Of a DNA stretch of 64,000 nucleotides, positions 58,147 through 64,000 are shown one piece after another. How positions within the stretch are numbered: the first letter of the stretch is position 1; each line of letters opens with the position of its first letter. The stretch covers positions 329,201-393,200 of the forward strand of contig CAMBEK010000001.1 in assembly GCA_945865565.1 (NCBI GenBank), written 5' to 3'. Source of the DNA: Pseudobacteriovorax antillogorgiicola. Its GTDB lineage: Bacteria; Bdellovibrionota_B; Oligoflexia; Oligoflexales; RGVZ01. The position numbers and the translations under genes are program-made. The notes beneath the pieces were generated by a model that had not been told where the DNA came from, did not search any database, and saw only the letters and a list, made by a program, of their open reading frames with translations.

Positions 58147-59493
58147 TCAGTCGTGACCAAGTGTCGGAGTCGTCGGAGGCTGTTTGGTTGCCTCAATTGC
58201 AGAGAGAGAAGTTTTGCCGATGACGTAAACCGTCTTTGCTGCATTGGCCTCGGTTTGGGTCAGAATCCATGACTCTGGTGTTCCCTTCTTTTCCCAGATG
58301 TTGATCTCCAACGCCGGCACACTGCCGTCAAAAGAGATCTTCAAGGTATGGGCTGGGGGCGTTTCCCGCGAGTCGGTGACGATCTTATCTTTTAGCCCCA
58401 GAACCTCCGTGGCCTTTGCAAACTCAAGGTCAACCAAAAGAGAACGGATTTGGGGGACGCCCTTTGTGGCATCGTCGGCGCTGAACCAATCTCCGTTTTG
58501 CTTTTTGAAAACCTTGCCATCGAGGGTGACTTCGTTGGCCTTGTCGCCGCTAAAACTGAAGATCTTCCGGTCTCGAAAGTCTGATGCGGTTTTCGCCAGC
58601 TTCCCCTTGATGTCATCATTTAGCTCTGCAATCGCCTCTGCGCCGCCTAGCCAAGCTTGGATTTTTTTATCCTTCTCGATGAATTTCAGGTTAGTCACGG
58701 GATCATCAGCGGATTTCAATCGGACTTCAGCTAGAACTTTACCGTTGAAGGCCTTTTTTAACTTCTCATCAGGATTGTCAAAAAAGGCGGTGGCGTTGGC
58801 CCGGCCAATGTCATCCAGAAAGACCCTGACGGCAGTTTGATCTGCAGGCAAAACCTCTGGGCGAACAATGGAGAACACATTGTCTTTCTTCTCGATCTTC
58901 AAGGCAGGGTGGCCCGGTCGAATCAGCTCGATCTGTGAAACCTTCGTCGAGTCGACTGACAGGACCGCCTTGTCCCGGAAATCATGAAGAGACTTTCCGG
59001 TCGAAACAGCAAGATGTTGGCTGCCGACATGAACCTTTCCGGAGCCCTCGATCATCGCATATACGGAGTATCCAACCGGAGCGTTTGTCCCAACCAGAAG
59101 GGTCGTAGAACCCTTTTCGGTTTTCAGCTGAATCACCCGCCTTGGCTTGTCCAGGCCGAAGCTCGCAAGGTCCGGGTCGGACTCACTGACGACCTTTTCG
59201 TATTTGTAATCCCGCAAGGTTGTTAACAGGTTATCCACAGCAGGTTGATCAGCCAGAACCTTTATCGGACGGGTGATGCGCCATTTCCCGAGGGATCTCT
59301 CCATTGAGATGTCCACAGGTTCCTTGGGTTCTTTGTTGGAGAACTCAATACCTATGATTTTATCGACTTCTAAGGAAAGAAGAAGATTCTCAGTTTCCTT
59401 CTTCTTGTCGTCACGTTTGGTTTGCCATTCATCCCACGTTGCAAGGCCACCAAGAGCTAATAAGACTGTCGCTAGAATTCCGGCGGTTCTCAT
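58147..59493 (-). CDS. DUF4340-like periplasmic protein
   Basis: N-terminal TM; repeated W.I..P...AD...V..LL, FGLDKP and D.RDK units; follows the GldG-like gene. Confidence 0.75.
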   Translation of the reverse strand: MRTAGILATVLLALGGLATWDEWQTKRDDKKKETENLLLSLEVDKIIGIEFSNKEPKEPVDISMERSLGKWRITRPIKVLADQPAVDNLLTTLRDYKYEKVVSESDPDLASFGLDKPRRVIQLKTEKGSTTLLVGTNAPVGYSVYAMIEGSGKVHVGSQHLAVSTGKSLHDFRDKAVLSVDSTKVSQIELIRPGHPALKIEKKDNVFSIVRPEVLPADQTAVRVFLDDIGRANATAFFDNPDEKLKKAFNGKVLAEVRLKSADDPVTNLKFIEKDKKIQAWLGGAEAIAELNDDIKGKLAKTASDFRDRKIFSFSGDKANEVTLDGKVFKKQNGDWFSADDATKGVPQIRSLLVDLEFAKATEVLGLKDKIVTDSRETPPAHTLKISFDGSVPALEINIWEKKGTPESWILTQTEANAAKTVYVIGKTSLSAIEATKQPPTTPTLGHD

Positions 59494-59507
59494 TTGATTG
59501 CTGGTTC

Positions 59508-61142
59508 TCACGCCTGCCGCCTCCTCATCCAGACAAAGAGTCCGCCAGCCAAGAACAGGAACGGATAGATCCACGCCAGTCCCAACAACAACAGTTGGCT
59601 AAAGCCAGACGTGATATTGAGGGTGCTTTTGGCTGCGTCCTTGGGTCTGATCGAGATGAAGTCGTCATCTTGAAGCAGATAGCTGATTGCGTTGAGAAAG
59701 AGATCGCGGTTCTCTTGGCCGTTGACCGATTGATTGGTGGCAAATTGTGAGGAACCCACGACCACCAGTCGTATTTCCTTGCCGCCGGACGCCAGAGGTT
59801 CTTTGGCATCCTTGTTATCCGGTTTTTCTGCGTTGGCCGTTTCCGGAGCTGCTGATTTTCCGGTGGAGACCGCCATGACCGGGAATGTGCCCGTTTCAAT
59901 CCTGTCGTTGCTGATGTTGCCACCAACATCGCCACGGCCATTGACGTTTTTGACTTTGATAATCACTGGTGCCGTCTTGGCAACTAATGACACTTTCATG
60001 CCAGCTGCATTGTTCGCAACTTCTTTGACAGATCTACTGCCCGGCATGATCACAGCGACTTTTGATTGGGCAGCAAAATCCTTCGTGACCGGACTTAAAT
60101 CGTCAAAATCGCTGACGATAGCGTTATTTTGGCCAAGAAATACGGTTCTGGGGTCATCCGGTCTCAGAATCAAAAGGTCGTTGGACAACAGAACACCGTA
60201 TTTCTCAAGCAAACCGTTTAACGTCGGAACTGGGACCATGGCTTCCACCATTACCATCAGTCCGCCGCCATGCTTTAAGTGATCCTCAAGCAAACGGGTT
60301 TCTTCGACCTTGAAGTCATACTTTGGGCCGGCAATGACGACAAGGTCAGCATTTTCAGGGACTCTGGCCTCTTCAAGCAAGGACAGTTCCTTCAAGTCAT
60401 ATCGATTGCCTTCCAGTTCTACCGCCATCACATTCAGGCCGGCTGCATCGGTGCCGCGCAGCGCGCTTTCACCGTGGCCCTTGGTGAAGAAGATTTGCTT
60501 TGCCTTGTCTTTGAGAACTTTCACCAGCCCGTTGGTGATCTTTTCTTCATTGAAGGTTGTGATCCGGGCTTCTTGCTTGGTGCCCCCTGATTCAGCCTTG
60601 AAGATGACAGTGTTGCCGGACGTTAATTTTTCGCCGATCGCTTTGGTCGGTTCGCGGTTCGGGTCGATGTATTCAATTTTGAGGTTGGCGCCTTTGCTCG
60701 TATAGAGCCCGATCAGATCCTGAAACTGTTTTTTAGTTTCCTGATCCTGGAAAAAAGCGAGAACATCAATCTCGACGTGTCGTTTTTCAATGGTCTCAAT
60801 CGCTTTGAGTGACTGCTCGGCCAGAGTGTTGCTTTGAGAACGAGTAAGGTCGAGGTTCTTGTCGAAACGCGGACGTGACGTCAAAACTGCGATTGCAGTA
60901 ATCACAGCAACGGTCATCAAGACTACGAATCCAGAACTCGCACCATATTTCGCACCCTTGCGAGCGAACATCGCCTTGAAGTTTGCGAGGTCGAGTGCCA
61001 CCCAGAGGACAATCAACGCGAGAGCGGAAAGCCAGCCCCCGTATTTGATCCAAATAATAGCAGGAAATGCCTTGGCGACGGCGCTTGAGATGGCAGCCAC
61101 CAGGACGGATGCAAATGGAATTAAAAGTAGATCAGGTCTCAT
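59508..61142 (-). CDS. GldG-like ABC auxiliary protein
   Basis: DLT...TL, YIDP, FTKGHGE, LVVIAGP, NRDLFLNAI..L; C-terminal TM plus RRR. Confidence 0.85.
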   Translation of the reverse strand: MRPDLLLIPFASVLVAAISSAVAKAFPAIIWIKYGGWLSALALIVLWVALDLANFKAMFARKGAKYGASSGFVVLMTVAVITAIAVLTSRPRFDKNLDLTRSQSNTLAEQSLKAIETIEKRHVEIDVLAFFQDQETKKQFQDLIGLYTSKGANLKIEYIDPNREPTKAIGEKLTSGNTVIFKAESGGTKQEARITTFNEEKITNGLVKVLKDKAKQIFFTKGHGESALRGTDAAGLNVMAVELEGNRYDLKELSLLEEARVPENADLVVIAGPKYDFKVEETRLLEDHLKHGGGLMVMVEAMVPVPTLNGLLEKYGVLLSNDLLILRPDDPRTVFLGQNNAIVSDFDDLSPVTKDFAAQSKVAVIMPGSRSVKEVANNAAGMKVSLVAKTAPVIIKVKNVNGRGDVGGNISNDRIETGTFPVMAVSTGKSAAPETANAEKPDNKDAKEPLASGGKEIRLVVVGSSQFATNQSVNGQENRDLFLNAISYLLQDDDFISIRPKDAAKSTLNITSGFSQLLLLGLAWIYPFLFLAGGLFVWMRRRQA

Positions 61143-61148
61143 GGATGA

Positions 61149-61913
61149 TTACCTCCACCGCTCAGAATCAAGTGAAACATTCGTAAGGAACAAGAACAGG
61201 GCTGTGAAGCACAGAAAATAAGCCAGGTTGCTGACCGAAATCATGCCTTTCAAAAAGACATCGAGATGGTCTGTTGAGGCGATGTACTTGATGATTTTTT
61301 CGGCGACGCCACCACCACTCAAAGAAGGTGCCAGCCAGTTCAAAACGAGAAGAAGAAACAGGCCGAACATTGTGAAAAGAAAGGCCATGAACTGGTTGTT
61401 CGTCATGGACGAAATCCAGAGCCCAAAAGCAAGCTGCGAACACATTAAAAGAAACATGCCGAGCAGCGATGCGATGATCACGCCGCCGTCCGGATTGCCG
61501 TACTTCACAAGGAAAAGCGGATAAACTGACGAGGCAAGTAATACGATGCCCATCACTCCTGCAGTGGCAATGAACTTCCCGAGAACGATCTCGATCGCTT
61601 TGACCGGTGCAGTCTGAAGGAGTCGAAGGGAGGAATTCCGTTTTTCTTCCGAGAAGGAAGCCATCGTGACGGCGGGGACTATCAGGACGAGAATGAAGTT
61701 CAAATTATAGAAAAAAGCCCGCAGCAGTTGTTCTAGGGTTGGGGCTTGGCCTCCCATCGTCGATGCGCGTTGCTCGTATTCAATATAGCTCACGACAAAA
61801 TTCTGGAAGAAAGATCCCATGAGGATCAGAAAGAAAAACAAGATGGCTCCGCCTTTTGGTGAGGCGAAGTAGGATTTAATGTCTCGTTTGGCGATGGTAA
61901 ATACGACACTCAT
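61149..61913 (-). CDS. GldF-like ABC-2 permease
   Basis: IAKRD..SYF.SP, P.VTM.SFSEEKR....LL.TAP, IVLGKF. Confidence 0.88.
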   Translation of the reverse strand: MSVVFTIAKRDIKSYFASPKGGAILFFFLILMGSFFQNFVVSYIEYEQRASTMGGQAPTLEQLLRAFFYNLNFILVLIVPAVTMASFSEEKRNSSLRLLQTAPVKAIEIVLGKFIATAGVMGIVLLASSVYPLFLVKYGNPDGGVIIASLLGMFLLMCSQLAFGLWISSMTNNQFMAFLFTMFGLFLLLVLNWLAPSLSGGGVAEKIIKYIASTDHLDVFLKGMISVSNLAYFLCFTALFLFLTNVSLDSERWR

Positions 61914-61930
61914 TGTATTCACAGCCTCCT

Positions 61931-62860
61931 TTACTTGGTGACTTGGAAGAAGACTTCTTCCAGTGATTTTGTTTTTTGACGCAGTTCACGGAATCCGAAG
62001 CCACCGTCCATCACGGCACGGGCGACATCTTCCGGGGCATTTTCGCTTGCCGATTTTTCAACTCCAAATTCGATGGTGTCCTCCCCGTGATCGTCTTCGA
62101 TTTTGGCGTGGACGATACCAGGCATGCCCTTTAACCGGGATAGGGCATCTTTTGCTGAATGGGCAACACGCAGCCGGAAGACTTTACCTTGCGACAGGTC
62201 GCGGGTTAGTTCCTCGTAGGTGCCTTGGGTCACGATGTGGCCCTTGTTGATGATCACAATCCGGTCACAGGTGTTTTGCACTTCTGAAAGTATATGTGAA
62301 CTCAACAGGATGGTGTGCTTTCCGCCGAGGGAGCGGATCAATTCGCGGATCTGAACAATTTGTCCCGGGTCGAGGCCCTCAGTCGGCTCATCAAGAACAA
62401 GAACCTCAGGATCGTGCACGATCGCCTGCGCCATGGCAACGCGTTGCCGAAAACCTTTCGATAGATTTCCAACCAGACGATTCCGAACTTCAAACAGCGA
62501 AAGGCGCTGCAACGTGTCGTTGACCCTGGTGTTTAGAGCATTGGTTGGAACCTTGTGGAGCTTTGCCGCATAGGTGACAAAATCTTCGACCGTCATTTCT
62601 CCGTGGAGCGGTGGAACGTCAGGAAGGTAACCCAATCTTTTCTTGGCTTCGATTGGCTGTTCCGTGATGTCGTATCCAGCAATGACTGCAGATCCGCTGT
62701 CCGCGCCGCTACACCCACAAAGGATATCCATGGTGGTTGTCTTTCCGGCACCGTTTGCGCCCAGGAATCCGACGATTTGGCCCTTTTCGACCGTAAACGA
62801 AACATCGTCCAGAGCCTTAAGTTGTCCATAGCGCTTGGACAGACCTTTCACCTCAATCAT
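61931..62860 (-). CDS. GldA-like ABC transporter ATP-binding protein
   Basis: GANGAGKTT, LSKGFRQR, LDEPT.GLDP, SSHIL. Confidence 0.93.
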   Translation of the reverse strand: MIEVKGLSKRYGQLKALDDVSFTVEKGQIVGFLGANGAGKTTTMDILCGCSGADSGSAVIAGYDITEQPIEAKKRLGYLPDVPPLHGEMTVEDFVTYAAKLHKVPTNALNTRVNDTLQRLSLFEVRNRLVGNLSKGFRQRVAMAQAIVHDPEVLVLDEPTEGLDPGQIVQIRELIRSLGGKHTILLSSHILSEVQNTCDRIVIINKGHIVTQGTYEELTRDLSQGKVFRLRVAHSAKDALSRLKGMPGIVHAKIEDDHGEDTIEFGVEKSASENAPEDVARAVMDGGFGFRELRQKTKSLEEVFFQVTK

Positions 62861-62929
62861 AAGTTTCCTCCCTGCATTTCAAACTGTTTCTGATCGCATT
62901 ATAATCATGCTTCGCTGTCCGGCAAGGAA

Positions 62930-64000
62930 CTAAAATGCCTCGGGCATGATTTTCATCATCCCTCCCGCCGCCCATCTTTTTTGAAGATCGGAATAGTGAC
63001 TGGACCCTATATGGCCCGATTGCCCCACCGGGAACATCCAGACACTTTCCTTTGGTTGGGCAAGGTTCCAGATTATTCGCACCGATGGTCCGTGATCTGG
63101 TTTTTCTGCTCGGACGAGATCGGCATAACCAAACTGGGCTTGGCTTCCAACTTTAAAAAACCAGCCAATAAAAGGAACATTTTTGACGAATGGGTGTTGT
63201 CCATTCCATTTGTTGCGCTCTTGATAGGATACTTTTTCGGGATTCGCCGCAACCTGTTGCAGGATTGCTGTGGCCAGGTCGGAATCATTTAAACCAAAGG
63301 CCGTGAAACTATTCTTTTTCGCGATCAAGGCGACCAGCCATGCGCGTTCTAGTTTCCAGTGATATTTTTCATTTTCGCCGAGTTCTGGCTTGTAGTGATC
63401 TTTGAGGCGCCCCAGCAAGGCCTTGTACATCAGGTGTTCTGAAGTGATGCTTTCGTCGAAAGTGCTTGGCTCGCTCTGACCCGAGCCGTCCCAACGCAGC
63501 CACTTTTGTTGCATGTTCTTTTCCGCTTCGGTCGAAGAGACCGAATGGACAGCCAGCCAATAAAGCAGCTCGCGGCGGAATCGAGAGGTGGTATCCAGCT
63601 GCAGGTCCAGCATTTGTTCTTGGAGGTGATTGTTTCGGCTGGCCAGAACCGACGTGATTCGTTCCTGCCGGTCCTCGCCGTACCATCCATGTCCAAATCG
63701 ATCGACCCACATCCGCTGGTTTGCGGTTGCCATGGATGTCGGTTTGAAATTTTTCTCTGCCTCGATCCATAATCTCGGGCGTTCTGCCGGCGCTGCAAAA
63801 TTGCGCCATTCTCCGACATTTGCAGGCTGCGGAATGCGGCCCGTAACTTCCCTGACAACACCAGTTCCTGAGGCGCGGTAACCGATGTTGCCCTTTCGGT
63901 CCATGATCAAGATATTCTGGGCGGGGGCTGCGAAACGGTCAGCAGCGGCATTGAGATCGTTCCAGTTTTTTGCGCGGTTCAGATCCAAGGTGGGCAGCCC
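62930..64000 (-). CDS. Penicillin acylase family (peptidase S45), C-terminal part; 5' end outside window
   Basis: PAQN...D..GNIGY, TANQR, GPSVR, GQSGH..S.HY.D. Confidence 0.85.
   Translation of the reverse strand, partial: GLPTLDLNRAKNWNDLNAAADRFAAPAQNILIMDRKGNIGYRASGTGVVREVTGRIPQPANVGEWRNFAAPAERPRLWIEAEKNFKPTSMATANQRMWVDRFGHGWYGEDRQERITSVLASRNNHLQEQMLDLQLDTTSRFRRELLYWLAVHSVSSTEAEKNMQQKWLRWDGSGQSEPSTFDESITSEHLMYKALLGRLKDHYKPELGENEKYHWKLERAWLVALIAKKNSFTAFGLNDSDLATAILQQVAANPEKVSYQERNKWNGQHPFVKNVPFIGWFFKVGSQAQFGYADLVRAEKPDHGPSVRIIWNLAQPKESVWMFPVGQSGHIGSSHYSDLQKRWAAGGMMKIMPEAF

Noticed and set aside
58147-62860. GldA/F/G-DUF4340 cluster as a novel secretion or motility system
   Set aside because: A widespread, already described gene arrangement; nothing here distinguishes it.

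Overview
A dense, core-genome-like bacterial window with no rRNA, tRNA, CRISPR array or transposase visible. Gene content and protein style suggest Bdellovibrionota/Oligoflexia or a related delta-type lineage (inference). It holds a mixed housekeeping block (mqnC-like radical SAM, rplS, yraN/rnhB/trxA, yacG, map, olsBA-like), the S10-spc-alpha ribosomal superoperon (which lacks rplX/uL24), an archaeal-type topoisomerase VI pair leading into mfd and two parvulin PPIases, and a membrane-arm-only complex I operon (nuoA,H,J,K,L,M,N) followed by a GldAFG-DUF4340 ABC cluster. The most interesting region is about 40-48 kb. It encodes a single-chain EutB-EutC fusion whose amine-binding Asp appears replaced, with EutA and a TrhO-like rhodanese but no microcompartment genes. 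Divergent from that sits a split PuuD-like membrane protein plus a separate cytochrome c lipoprotein, then a CinA whose decayed C-terminal domain carries an in-frame CGTC-type REP repeat. All product calls come from motif recognition, not database searches.
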